A stretch of DNA of 64,000 nucleotides from Camelus ferus (taxonomy: Eukaryota): contig NC_045697.1 of assembly GCF_009834535.1 (NCBI RefSeq), positions 1,924,001-1,988,000 on the forward strand, given 5' to 3'. Both the position numbers and the translations under genes were made by a program. The notes beneath the pieces were generated by a model. It was given only the letters and a program-made list of their open reading frames with translations. It ran no database searches and was not told where the DNA came from. Each line of letters starts with the position of its first letter. Position 1 is the first letter of the stretch. Of this stretch, positions 1 through 15,069 are shown one piece after another.

Positions 1-1279
1 CGTGGCGAGGAGAGGGGTGGGGCACCATTTGTAGTGTGGAAATTGAGACCTGAAGCTTATGCTCACGTCAGGGTCAATATAGTAACTGGTTGGCCTGGGG
101 AAATAAAATACACAGTGAGGCCAGGGACGTGGTTTCCCAGGTCTGGTTTCAGATAGTGAATGTTAGTTTACTGAGTGTGCACAGACCGCGTTTTTAGTGC
201 CCCTGTCACTTGCTCACAAGGGGTCCCAGGAGTGCAGGCGTCCGGCCACAGCAAGGAGCTCGCTGGCCGCCTCCTCCCCTCACCTCACCGCAGGACGGGG
301 TGGGAGGTGCTCTGCTTTCAGGAAGGCGGGTGGGGTAGACGTGGCGGGTGAAATTGTTGATTCTGATGCGTGGAGAACCCTGAAACGGCGAGTGGACGGT
401 GTGCCTTCGGGAGGGCTGGGGGCAGCACAGTGGGGACACGACCAGCCGAGTGAGAGGAACCTGGAGGCTCTCGGATGCTTGGAGGGGAGCATCTCAGAAC
501 AGAGGGGGCCAGAGTGCGGTGTGACTGCGGTCACGCGGTCTGTGCTGCTCTTGAGGCGCACGGGGACGGCAGGGCCGAGCAGGAGGTGACCACGCCCGGC
601 TGGGCTCCTCCCCACCACGCCCATCTCAGTGCCGGGGCCGGACGCGACTTGCGACTTGCGTCCCTTCTGCTTGTAGAGCGTTTGTGTTAACGCTTTTAAA
701 AGACGCCGTTTTCCAAGGACTGACGACGGTGCTGGTGGGAGATTTACCAGCTGAAGAGCTTCAGAGCCTTACAAATGCAGTTACCAGCGTGTGCCCGGTC
801 CCCGTGCTGGTGGCTTAGCAAACGAATGGCTCCAAATCCCGAGTCTTCAGAGCCTCACGTAGCGCGTGGCACTTAATGTTTAGTATCCGCTTAATGGTGC
901 CGTGTGCACCCGTACGGTGTCAGGCCACGCCCACTCCTCCCTGTGGTGCTCGCAGGGCCCGTGACCTCAGCGGGCCGGGGGTCGGCCCCCTGTGCCCCTG
1001 GGCGCCTTGCGCTCCGAGCGGTCTTGAGATGGACCGGAGGCCACTGAGTTGGCTGTTCCTCAGACTCACGAACCGGCAGCCAGACGCTAGCATCACACGG
1101 CTTTCCTCTTCGTACTTCATTTTAGCATTTTTGGGGAGGCACTCAGAATCTGCTTATGCTTGTTAGTCAGCTTCTTGTTACTTCTGATTAATCAAAAGTC
1201 AGAGGAAAAATTCGAGTTTTTTTCCACTAGAATACTTTGTAAATCATTATTGCCAGTAATTCTCTTTTAAACTTGGTGA

Positions 1280-1474
<195 letters not shown>

Positions 1475-2119
1475 TAAAAAGATGCTCGTTCACACATTTC
1501 AAAGGCTTGTTGATGTTTTTCTTAGGATTTGTAGGTGACACACATACAGATAAGTAACTTAGGCCTTTGGGATGTGAGTCAGTTTTCTCAACTTCACCTT
1601 TCAGCTTTGTTTACGTCGCTTCCATCACACAAAAATTTAGGATTTTCATTGGCAAGATGAGCCCTTTATGGCTTGGCGGTGCTGTGTCTGGGCGCCGCGT
1701 GACTGCCCGACATGCAGGGACCCACTAGAAGGACCCACAGCTCTGACTCTTCAGCACTGTGATGAGGACACAGCCACACCTGGGGGAGGCGACCTGGGCG
1801 GGGTCTGGAGCAGTCTCCCCCGCGAGGGCCGCATGGAGCACACTTGTCCCCCAGCTACGGAAACGCTGCCACGTGCAGGTTACAGAGGCCCCTCTGCCCG
1901 CACACCCAGGCTCACCCGAACGCACGCCGAGGGAGTGCGTGCTTAGTCAGCCGCCGTTTATTCACACGGTCCAGGCGCTGTGAACCGCCTGCTTGCCAGG
2001 GGACATTGGCTGTCAGTGTGGGACGTTTACTGGCCGAGGTCCCAGGCGCCCAGGCGCCCCGGGGCCAGCCTGCGAGCAGGTCTCTGGCGGGACAGCGGCG
2101 CGTGGGCAGTTCTGTGCGT

Positions 2120-2223
2120 AGGGCTTTCTCCCCCGGGTGAGTCAGGCACGCCCTCGTGGCTTCTTGGAGGGCTTTCTCCCCTGGGTGAGTCAGGCAGGCC
2201 CTCGTGGCTTCTTTTAGGGCTTT
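2120..2223. repeat. 48-bp tandem duplication (2 copies plus a partial third)
   Basis: agggctttctccccYgggtgagtcaggcaSgccctcgtggcttctt repeated at 2120 and 2168. Confidence 0.9.
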
Positions 2224-2399
2224 TCGTTTTTCAATCCCATTCCATTTTTGTAAGTGGAAAGTTTACCGTCTGTGATTTACGTCAGATGTGAAGTATGTGC
2301 TCACTTAATTCTTTCCCAGCTCCTGACTGGCTGCCCCTGCACGGTGCCCCACGTCATCCGTTTCCAGCACTGACCGGTTTGGAGCGCTGCCTTTATCAC

Positions 2400-2860
2400 G
2401 CACTGACTTCTCACTGTTCTGCAGTTTCATTTACTGCTTTGCTGTGTCAGTCTGTCCATCTGTCCATCCACTAGAAGCACACTTTCTGATTATTGTAGCT
2501 TCACAGTGTATTTTTGAGGCGATTAGATACCCCATTTTCTTTAGCATTTTCCAGGATATTTTTATTTATTTTTGCATGTGAACACTAGAATAAGCTTATC
2601 TAATTCCAAAGAATTCTGAGGGTATTTCCGTGGAGATTGTATTAAATTTGTAGATTAATTTAGGGAGAACTGATACCTTCGATGCTAAATCTATCTTAAT
2701 GAAGTATTAAGTGTGAGGTGCTTTTTTTGTATCCTGAAAACTTCTTGTATGTGCCTCAGAAGCACATGAAATTTAAAGGATTTAAAAAATAATTTTAAAA
2801 GATTGCCTCACATAGGTTTTGCACGTTTCTTTATAAATGTGACTCAGTCATCTTTTTTTG
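2400..2860 (-). mobile_element. Old L1 (ORF2) fragment, antisense
   Basis: Degenerate L1-like motifs gattattgtagctt, catgtgaacactagaataagctt, gattgtattaaatttgtagattaatttagggaga; boundaries approximate. Confidence 0.65.
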
Positions 2861-4281
2861 TTTTTTGTTTTTGTTTTTTTTGGTTACTAATAGATACATC
2901 TAAAATTTTTTAAACCATTTATGAAGTTTATCTGGCTTTTCTGAAGGATATAGATAACTTTGAAAGATAAAAATCTTCAACTGCATTTCACAGATTTGAA
3001 GGCCTGTTTAGCTGGATGCTTCTCATGTCAGCCCCCGAGTAGAGGAGGGTGTGTTTAAAACCCCACACAGAGAAGGTGTTTCTCGTCCACCTGTTTTCAA
3101 CTTCGTCATCGTCAGTTCTGGGGCCTGCAGCGCCCCTCTGTCATTTCCCCCCGTCACCGCTTCCCCCCCGAGGGCCTGGGCTCCAGCTGAGCCTCTTCAC
3201 GTTCTCGGGTCCCCCTCGGCCCTGTGCCTCCTGTGTCCCCGGGTGGGCAGGCGGCTTCCGGACGGGGTGTGGTGCAGAAAGCTGCTGGCACACCGAGGCT
3301 GCCCCCACCCCCGTCAGCTCTTCTGCTCCCGTTGGCCTCCCGCCTCTCTCACACTCCTCAGGCCCCGTCAGCCTCTCATACTCCCCTGGTTTGTCTCCTT
3401 GGGCTCCAAGCCCTTCTTGGCTCTCCTCAGACCCTCTGGTCCTCGTTCTCCCTCTGCTGTTCAGGAAAGGCCCCGCCCATGCTCTCTTGCCGCCCTCCTC
3501 ACTATCATCCTGTGCCCCTGGAGGTGACCCCCCCCCCCGCCTCCCCGGGAGACGGCGTCCAGCCGCAGCCCGCCCCGGGTCTTCAGGGTCTCCCTCCTGG
3601 GTGCCCTGCTCCTTGGCCTGCTGTGCGCCCCTCAGGCGGGCCTCGGCGTGGCCGCAGGCTTGAGACCACTTCCACGTTCTCTCTGTGCCGCCGCTTGCCT
3701 GCTTTCCTCTCTCTTTGCCTGGAAAGTGTTTCTCTCTTTCATCCTGAGCGAGTCGGTTTTATTTCCGTGAGCGAATTCCTTTCTATTTGTTGTGGTGTTT
3801 TGTAGGGTTTTTGCAGTGTTTATTTTCAGTCAGTCCCTCCCCTCACCCTTCTTACATACGGTGCCTCTGGACCTGACCCTACCCTCCGTCTGCTAAGTGG
3901 GGAAATCTCTGCGCAGTTCAGTGAGGCTGGGTCCCTCAGAGGCGCGGCTTTGTACGTCTTAAGACTGATTTAGTATTTTGTTGTGGCCAGACTGAAAGGC
4001 GGTGCCTGAGTTAGACAGGACGCCCCAGGGGCCCTGATGTGCGTGGAGTAGGACGTGACCCTTGTGTTTGCCATGTGCTGCTGGTCAGGTACTGATTATG
4101 ATGGATGTTGACACTTTTTTTCTCGTTATGATAGAAGCTTAGGAATTCTTTCTTTCAGAGGTGTCAGTATAAGCTGGAAGGTGCCCATGAAAAGAGCTTT
4201 CATACAGCTATTACGGAAGAGTCATTTCCCTTCCAAGGCCTTTTCCCAGTGCTCAGAACAAACAGGAAGCCCTGGTGGTGA

Positions 4282-4746
<465 letters not shown>

Positions 4747-6345
4747 TAGAAACCTGCTGACAGAGTCCTTCATCTTACTGGACCTTCGCACCTGGAGAGC
4801 TCAGAGCAGTCTAGGGGGTGTGGCTGGCTCCTTTGGGACCTTGGGAGATGGCAGAGCTGTGCTTGAGGCTTGTGTCCTTTGGCTCCAAGTCCCCCCCCCC
4901 CACCTGACTTACACGGAGGTGGCCGAGTGTTTGGCGTGGTGCGCGCCCGTCCGTGTGTCCACGACCCACGTCCCGCGGTTCACGCTCCGCCCGTTTGCTT
5001 GGCTGTGTGTGTATCCACCTGCCGTGAGTCACCGACAGCCTGCGTTAAACTCGTCTCCTTTAAGTGGATACTAATGAAGTTTGTTTGTTTTCGTTTTTCT
5101 GAATCTCTTTTTGACACGCGTGAAGCTTACCTCATGGTAATCGTTACACACGTCACCTCACGTTTCTCCCCGGCCATCCTTGCAGGTTCCCGCACGTGAG
5201 TTGAGTGGGTTGGAGCCGTGCTTAGTCTAGGGCCGATTACTCCCCAGCGAGGCGAGGCCTTCCTGGGCTCAGGTTACCGCGTGCCCTGCCCGGCTGGGGG
5301 ACCGGCCGCCGTCCCCAGCCCCGTGGGAGCACTGGGCGCTGCTCCCCCGATCGCTTCTGATGAGTCCCCCGGCCTTGGGCGGTTTCCCTGCACACATGTT
5401 GCTTGGTTCCCTGTTGAACACTCAAGGTCTCCCCGGGTCTCCAGAGTCCTTGTCCTGTGAACTCTCATTATTTCCGTGTCCCCAGCTCTCAGCTCCTCGC
5501 CCAGGGGTCCCCGGGGCTCTGCTCTGCCCCTCTTCCTGTGACATGGAGGCTCTCTGAGGGCAGGGGGCCGGGCGGCTGTGGGGCTCCCTGGGCTCCGCTC
5601 CCTCCTCTCCGGGGTCGCTGTCCTTCAGTGCCTTCTGTTCAGGGTCTTGGAACCGTGGTTTCGTATGTTGTGTGGGTGTTTTTGGTTGTCTGGGTGTAGG
5701 GTAGATCTGGTCCCTCTTGCCCCATATCGGCCAGAAAAGGAGGCCTCTCTGTTACATTGTGTATTAATACTTGTGCTGGGGACACGCTTCCGTGTTACTC
5801 TGGACACTCAGGAGGCTGCTAACAGCAACCTTTCCTCCCCGTTTTCAGCGCCCAGCGCAGTCTCTGGGGCGCACCGAGCGCCCTGTGCACGGTTATTAGC
5901 AGAGACGGCTCCTCGGAGCCTGGGTGTGGTGTGCAAGGGCCTAGCCCTACTTCTTCCCTTCCTAGCCCATCGGACACCTGCTGTGAGCCGGGGGCGTGCG
6001 AGGCTCAGCCCTGCAGAGGTTGGCCGGGTCTGTTTGGAGTAAACCAGGGTATTAAAAATATTTGGCCGGGAGTATTTGAAACCAGCAGAAGTCTGTTACT
6101 TTTGAGTGCAGGAAGTTAATACCAAACAAATGAAGTGAGAGGCGTCTCCAGTCCAATTTGTGTGGTGGAAGCAGTGGTGGTGACCAGGTGGCAGTGAGGG
6201 GCCAGTGTGCCTTTGACGCTAGTGCCCTGACTGGTTTGTGTCTCTGTGACTCCGTCCTTCTCGGTTCTTCAAGAGGACCTCGTTTCTGAGGACAGCGGAC
6301 AGTCTGGGAGGAAAGTCATTTGAAGCCAGTCGTCTCGGTTGTTTT

Positions 6346-6476
6346 GTTTGGTTACTTCTGTCTTTTGGGGAGAGGTCATTAGGCGTTGATTTGTTTTGAC
6401 GGAGGTACTGGGGATTGAACCTAGGAGCTCGTGCATGCTGGGGGCGGGCTCTGCCACTCAGCTGTACCCTCCCCCC
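6346..6476 (-). mobile_element. tRNA-derived SINE, camelid Vic-1-like
   Basis: Minus strand reads GGGGGGAGGGTACAGCTGAGTGGCAGAGC...CATGCACGAGCTCCTAGGTTCAATCCCCAGTACCTCC (A and B boxes), then a CCTAATGACCTC tail. Degenerate TSD tctYggYtgtttt at 6333-6345 and 6480-6492. Confidence 0.8.
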
Positions 6477-6921
6477 GAATCTTGGCTGTTTTTGCAGACT
6501 GCTGCAGGGCACTTGTAAGACTTCTTGTAATAAATCACGCTTGACATGCCACACGCAGCTGGATGTGTGCGGGGGCTTGCAGACGCACGGCCTTTGCCGC
6601 CTCTGTGCTCAGCATCCTGCTCCCAGGGTGGCTCTGGGTGCTGGGGGCAGTGGGCACTTGGGTGGTGTCTGAACGAGCGAGTGGGTATCTGATGCATGAA
6701 AGGAAGAGTGAGATACAGCCACTTAGACGTCAGTGGTTTTCACTGACTGTCTCTTCTCACGATGGAAGGTGAAGAGCTGCCTCTGAGTCCCCTCGACCTT
6801 GCTACTGGGCGTGGTTTCCACGGGCACCGTCTCATGTCTTTGGTCTCATGTCCGGGCTCCCAGCAGCAGTATGTCACCCGTGAGTCACTCACTTGAACCT
6901 CTCCCGCCTGTCTTTCCACAG

Positions 6922-6999
6922 TGTGTTGAGGAGATCCTCGGGTACCTAAAGTCCTGCTTCAGTCGGGAGCCGACGATGGCGACTGTGTGTGTCCAGCAG
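6922..6999 (+). CDS. HTT: HTT exon 30 (78 nt) [26 protein letters not shown]
   Basis: ccacag|TGT ... CAG|gtgaga. Confidence 0.96.
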
Positions 7000-7383
7000 G
7001 TGAGAAGGTGGTGTGTCTGAAGCCCTTCACTGGGTGCGGTGATGCAGTGCTGCCTGTCACTGTGAGGTGGTGCCGGTGGCACGCCTGGCAGCCCCACGCA
7101 TCACTCCTTTGCTCTCTGCGTTACTGGACCAAGAGGGGTCCTCCTCCCGCCCTCCCTCTCCTGGAGGGGAGGCCGACGCCGTGGAGGGCAGAGGACATGA
7201 GAAGCTGGACCCTCACTACTTACCTGCTGTCCCAGTGTCCCTGCAGTGCCCCCCATAACCTGGGTTTGCTGATTGTAGCCAGTTGCTTACAGGTGGATTT
7301 GAGATTGGGGGGGGCGGGTGTCTTAAAGTGTTGCTCGTGCTACGTGAAGTCCAGTGTTGATGGTTTCAATTCTTTCCCTCTAG

Positions 7384-7608
<225 letters not shown>

Positions 7609-8718
7609 TAACCGCCCACTGTTCTGGCCGTAGCAGTGGGGTCAGGATGTGTCTTTAGTAGAAGCGTGAAAGGGCAAGCAGTGAATAATTTGTCAAAAAT
7701 AAGTTAGCCAGCACCTTCTAATGGTCTTTTGTGTTCGGAGAGCTCTGGGAAGCATGATTGCTGCAAAGATGCTGAAGGCATGGCCCCTGCCTTCAGAGAA
7801 GTGGGCAGTCCAGGGAGTGAGACGAGGTCTGGGGCTTTTGCTGTCTCAGAGAGGCTGGGCTGGAGGAAGAGGAGCACAGAGCAGCTCCCTGGGGGCTGCG
7901 AGGGCCCCCGCCCGACGGTGCCAGCGAACCAGAAGGGGCCACGCAGAGTCCTCAGGTGGCCAGGCACGGCGAGATAACCGGGCTCGTGAATGACTCTCCC
8001 TTTAGAGCGGGACACTGTGTGTTGGTGGCACTTTTGGGGCTGGTAGCTGAGGTGACCCAGTGGTGCCAGTGCGTCAGGGTATTTGGGGAGCATAGAAGAA
8101 TCCTGGGTGGTAGTGCTCTGTTTTGTAACTTTGTGGGTGAAAGTCTCTTCACTTAAATTTATGGTTGTGTTTATGAGGCCCGGAATTACAGTAGTTGTTT
8201 CTTAAATTGCTATGAATTATTCGCAGATACTTGAGTTCCTGCTCTGTAGTGACAATGGAATTCCTTGTGTTTCTTTACATAGATGTAGTGATAAAAACAG
8301 CTACGGTTAAAATGCTACAGCATTTTAGGAAAATGCCCCATGTTTTGGGCTTTACATTGGTGACCTACTTACTGTTTCTCCAAGTTTCAGAAATAAGGCT
8401 CTTTAAATACCTTGTCTAATAATGTGGGGTATAAATAAAACAAGTGTCTGATTATTGTCATTTAATTCTGTATATGTTTCACAAAAAGGAAAGGGCATGT
8501 ATAATTGATGTAAATATTTAAAGAAAGTTTTTCCCAAGAAAATCAAGTGATGTCTTCTAAGTCACTGAATCTTTCAAGTGACCGTCGCCTCTCAGCCCCA
8601 CCGCAGACTGGGCCGAGTAGTGAATTTCTGTGGCAGAGGAAAGCTCTGTCTGCGGTGGCCTGCTTCGGGCGACAGGATTTGATGGCTGTCAGTCAGCTGT
8701 AAACTCTGTTTCGACTGA

Positions 8719-9311
<593 letters not shown>

Positions 9312-10702
9312 TAAAGAAGTGTGCGGTTTGTTTTCCCGCTGTCGCTGCCTCCCTCCTGCCTCATGTGCTCGTGGATGCAGAGGGCCCTGCCTGTCCAGTC
9401 CTTGGCCAGCGCTGGTGCCCTTGGCCCAAGCTTGCCCCGTCCAGGGTCAGCCACTCCCCATCTGCCAAAGGTTCTTCCCATCCACTCACCCTCCCCCACT
9501 CCAAGATAAACTTGAATTTAAATTGTAGGATGTAACTGAGATTTATTGTTTGGGGGGACACTTTGCAGAACCCAGAGTCTTATTTTAAACTGACGAGCTG
9601 CTGTGATGCTCCGTCTCAGACAGTCTGGAAGTAGCTCCCAGCCTTGACAGGAGCGTGGCCTCCCAGGGCAGCCCTTACGCGTGCTCCTGCAGTCCCTGGT
9701 GGCTGTGTCTGGGTCGGCCTGAGCGCTGGTGGACCTCAGCTGCTACCCCTTCCTCAGGCACAGGTGACTCTGGAAGTCGTGTCAACTTCGTGATGCAAAT
9801 TCTCCTACAGCAGGATTCATGCTGGCTAAATTCCCTGCAGATACAGTGGCCTTTAGGTCATCAGATGTGGGTGTGGAGAGAGGAGGTGCAGCATGCCCCA
9901 CGCCCCTCCGCTCTCTGCAGGTGCACAGAAGCCTGCAGCTCGCCCCCAAGGCCTCCGTGACCTCTTTTCTGGCAGTGTCAGGTTTTCTTGCCATGAGCAC
10001 TCGAGCCTCACTCACGTTAGTTGTGATTTGCGTTTATCACTCAGCACCCCTTCTCCCTGGTTCCCAGATTCAGTACAGTGACAGTTTTTTGAACAGCTGG
10101 GAGGGAAAACTGGAAGGGAAGTGGTTTCACTTGGGCCAGATGATGACTTACTGAGCACTGCTGTGTGTGTCTCGCCCAGGGGCTGGGAGAGCATGCGGAG
10201 CAAGTCCCATGCTCCTGGTGCTTGGGGCACAACTGGCCCTGATCCAGGCCTAACGTCCTGCCTCTGCTCCTCGCGGCCACCCCTCACCCTCATCACCCCC
10301 TCGGATTCCCGCTCCTTCAGATCCTGGGGTGGTGGGAGGGAGGAGATGGGCTGACTTGGGCATCTTATCTGTAAACCGGTGCCTGGAAATTCCTGCCATT
10401 TGGTTTGCCATGAACGGAAACCAGCTAGTCCTGCTGTGTGTCTTGGGTGCTCCCTGGTATCTCCTGGAATTTATTGTTTCCAAAGAGGTTCCACCTCCAT
10501 GTTGAGTACATGTGTTTGAAGGGATTCCTGAAAGCGTCTTGAAGTTACCCAGTCTGACAGTAGGATGCGTTTGAGTTCTTGTACACAGACAAATTAACCT
10601 ACTGTTGGCAAACTTGTTAAAGATTTACGCAAGTGAGTGTGAAGGGAAGTAACCTAGTTTGCACATTAAATTGACATGAAATTTTTATTTCCCTGCTTGT
10701 AG

Positions 10703-10758
10703 GTGTTCATTGGATTTGTGCTGAAGCAGTTTGAGTACATTGAAGTTGGCCAGTTTCG
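10703..10758 (+). CDS. HTT: HTT exon 34 (56 nt) VFIGFVLKQFEYIEVGQFR
   Basis: ttgtag|GTG ... CG|gtaaca; read directly from sequence, not in ORF track. Confidence 0.95.
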
Positions 10759-11643
10759 GTAACAGCGTTTTCTATCTTAGAGTTCCTGTCCTTGCGATGT
10801 GATTGTGTGTAACTTTAGGTTAACATGAACATTAGCTTAAAGGATTGTTCGGGGTTGTTGCTAGGCATTGGTTTTAATGGAAACCTGATTAACATGCTGT
10901 GGGGTTTTATTTCTCTTAAAAATGATCAAGTATCTCAAGCCTTGTCTAGAAGTAGTTCTGCATCTGATAATCCCACGTTGTCTGTTTTCATTTCACGTTG
11001 CAAAGCATTTCGTTGTAGGTGTTTGCTAAGTGAAATCTCACTTGATAGAACACGGGTTTTTCTTAGAGAAGACAGTTTTAGGTGTGGTTTTCTTCAGTGA
11101 AGGCGACTGTTACGCACTTCACTTGCGTTAACTGCAGCTTTTCCTCTCAGACGGTGAGGTTTTAATCCTTCCTGCTCTGCCAGTTGTAGGTATGTAATTA
11201 TTGAAAATTAAAGTTCTTCAGTTTCTGAACTACTTACTAGCAGGGAAGCAGGGCAGGAGGGCATGTCCCGAGGGCCTCACTGGCCTAGAGACCCAGTGTC
11301 TTGTTCTCACTGTGCGACACCTTGACTGTGTGGTTGGAGGCAAGTTGCTCTTCCTCCTCTGGGTCTCAGTGTCTGCAGCTGTGAGCAAAGCGGCACGTGG
11401 AGAGGCCAGGGCTGCACCGCTGGGCACCCAGCGCCCTGGGCGCCCACCCCACGCGCAGAGCCTGCCGACCGTCCAGGCCGCCCAGCCGTGCGGCGCGCCC
11501 ACCCGGGGGCGGGACCTTCAGCTCGGCCTGTGCCCCCCACCCTGCACGCCCCCGTTTCTCACGCGCTCTCTCTCGGCTTTGCACCATGAGGAGTTTTATG
11601 CTGTTTATGTTGATTATCTTCTGTTTTAAAAGGAAGTGTCTAA

Positions 11644-11988
<345 letters not shown>

Positions 11989-13287
11989 TAGGTAAAAGCA
12001 GGGAGGGGATAACGTGAGGCGTAGGTAGAGTCTGACGCAGATTATCTGGTCTGTCCATATGCAACAAAGGACTTTAAAGTCCAACTCGTGTCAGGATGCT
12101 GGATTTAGTTACCCAGGGGTGTTGGAAGGTATAGTTTGGCCTTGATTCGGGGCCTTCTGCTTTGCCTGATTGTTGTGTCGGAGCTTAAATGAGGCCACAG
12201 GAGATGGCCAGCCAGCTGTTCAGGGCAGCCTCCTTCCAGCCTGTGGAATGAGGCGGTGTGGTTTTAAGAATGATCTGTGACTATTTCTTTGAACTTTTTC
12301 AGCTGCCCTTTCAGCATTTTCCCACTGATTCCTCCCAGCTCCGTTGTCAGGAATCTGCAGGCATTTGAACTATGGTCGGGGCACCTCCTAAGACCTCTGT
12401 AGGCGGCCCACTTTGGGTTCCCCTTTCTGTGCACTGCCGTGCGGTGACCACCAAGCTGTGTGTTGGGGCAGGGGCTCGGACCCTCGCCCGCTCCACACCT
12501 GCTCGACTCTGTCACAGCCGTGCTGGGGCTCACATTCTTGCCTCAGCAGATGGGCATGTGGCTGCACATACGGCCTTGGGGTCACTGGATAGAGTTGAAA
12601 CACAAATGTCAAGTAGAGAGATGACTAAGGTTTCCCGGATCAGAGGGTCTTTGGATAGAAAGTTGATGGCCAGCCAAACCCACTGCTTTCTGCTGGGAAG
12701 CTTGGGCACCTGTGGACAAGGCAGCGAGTATGGGGGTGGGCTGGGGGTCACTAGGGTGAGAGAGTGTGCCTCTCACTAACCCTGGTGACATGGCTGTGCT
12801 GCACCCCTTCAGTGAGGCATTTCTTAGATGGTTTATTCATATGCTGTTGTTAGACTAACAAATTTACTTCATTGTTTTGGATAAAAACAAGACTTGGGAA
12901 AACCCTCTTTGATGAGAAGAGTGAGTTTAATTACTTAGCATAGAAATCTAATACTTTGACTAAATGTTTTCTATTGAAAAAACACCTGTTTTTTCAGGTG
13001 AATCTTTAAACAGATTATGCATGAGACTAGAACATTGCTGTTTTAGTTAGTTGGAAGGTATTATTATTTTGAATTTGACTTTTGAATTTGTGCCTCTTTG
13101 TATCAGAAGTAACATTATGTCGCAGAAACCCCAGGTTTGTTGGTTTGTTTTCAACATTATCAAGTGTCAGAGAAAACCCCCGGCCTTCCATGATGGTGTA
13201 CAGATAATTTCACGACTCATCGTTCATAACCCGGACTTACCCCGTAGCACAGAGCCAAGTGTGGACTAGGGCGTCCTCAGTTCCTGA

Positions 13288-13644
<357 letters not shown>

Positions 13645-14952
13645 TAGGGGTCTGTCTTAAAGGCAGTGCAGCCTGGCCAAGGCCATTCAAGGTAGCAAAC
13701 GTGGTGGAGCCTTCTTTTCCAAAACGAAGATCAAAAATCAGTTAACCGACAGTGATGATCACAATGGTAGCATTCTACAGAATGATTTTAAAAATCTCAA
13801 ACCGGAAATAATTCAGAGGCTTTATTTGTACCTTTATCTACCACTGTGTTGATGGAGGGCCATGGTTTTTTTCTTTGAGCTGATTTCTGGCTTTGTGTTT
13901 CTAAAGGAGGAGCAGGAATTTCAGATAGTTTGAAGCAGTCTAACTGCAGAAGTCAGGTTTTTTTAATGACAGCTCCCCGCCCCCCCCGCCCCCCCGTTTT
14001 TTTAGCTGGTATAGTTGTCTCTTTCTCACTTATTTTTGTAAATCAGCTATTTGTCTTCGAATCTTTATAAAGTCATAAACTTTTCTCATCGAAACACTTT
14101 TCTCGTGTGTTCTCAGTCTGGTTAATTTGGTCATATTGAATTAAATGCTTAGTGTTTAACTGAATCCCATGATGACATAAAAAGTGCAGCGAGCAGAGAT
14201 TTGAGAACTAGCACCTGACCTGTGGCAGACACGCAGGTTGGTGGGAGGCCCAGAGGGCGGCTTTGCCACGTGTTCCTGGAGTTCCCGGCCTGGTTTGTGA
14301 GAACGGGGCGTGCTGGTCCTGACGAGGAGAGTCGGACACAGCGTGGTTCCCGGAGCAGAAGTGCTGGCAGGCCCTGGGCGGGGGAGGCAGCCAAGGGAGG
14401 GCGGTGGGCACTGTCTGTATCGCTCGTATGTTTAGACTGGGTCGTAGACTTTTCTGTGAACAAACAGGTGATAAACATTTCAGCTTTTCCAGGCGACGGG
14501 GCAGCTGCTGTCACGAAAGCAGTCCTGGCGGCATGTTCACAGTGGCTGTGCGCCAGGAAGACCATGTTTACAAACACAGTCTCTTAGGGGTCTCTGTTTA
14601 GAAGTGACCACTCACAGACGTGTGCTGAGCCACGTCAGCATCCTTGGGAGCAGGCTGTCCTCAGGAGGGGGTCACCCTGGCAGAGAGCACGGGACTGAAG
14701 TTAATGCACACTGAGGCAGAGGGCAGCAGCAGAGCAGCGTGGTCCAGGCTGTGCTTGTGTTTTGCTAAAGGTTAAGATGAGTTTGGTTTTCTTTCTGTGC
14801 CTTTCCGCTGGCCGTAGAGACGGCAGGGGCATCGCTCGACCCCAGGGGCCCCAGTGCCGTCTTCCGAGGCCCCCTCCCGCGGGTCGGGGCGAGGGCTGCA
14901 TCGGGCTCGTCAGCCCCCTTGGGGCGCTCCACCTGTGCCGTCCCTCTTGCAG

Positions 14953-15069
14953 GTGCTGGAGATGTTCGTCCTGGTCCTGCAGCAGTGCCACAAGGAGAGC
15001 GAAGACAAGTGGAAGCGGCTGTCCCGACAGGTGGCCGACGTCATCCTCCCGATGCTGGCCAAGCAACAG
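14953..15069 (+). CDS. HTT: HTT exon 37 (117 nt) [39 protein letters not shown]
   Basis: ttgcag|GTG ... CAG|gtcggt. Confidence 0.96.

Noticed and set aside
6401..6476. tRNA-like sequence with A and B boxes
   Set aside because: Diverged, followed by a SINE tail and flanked by a TSD; a SINE head, not a tRNA gene.
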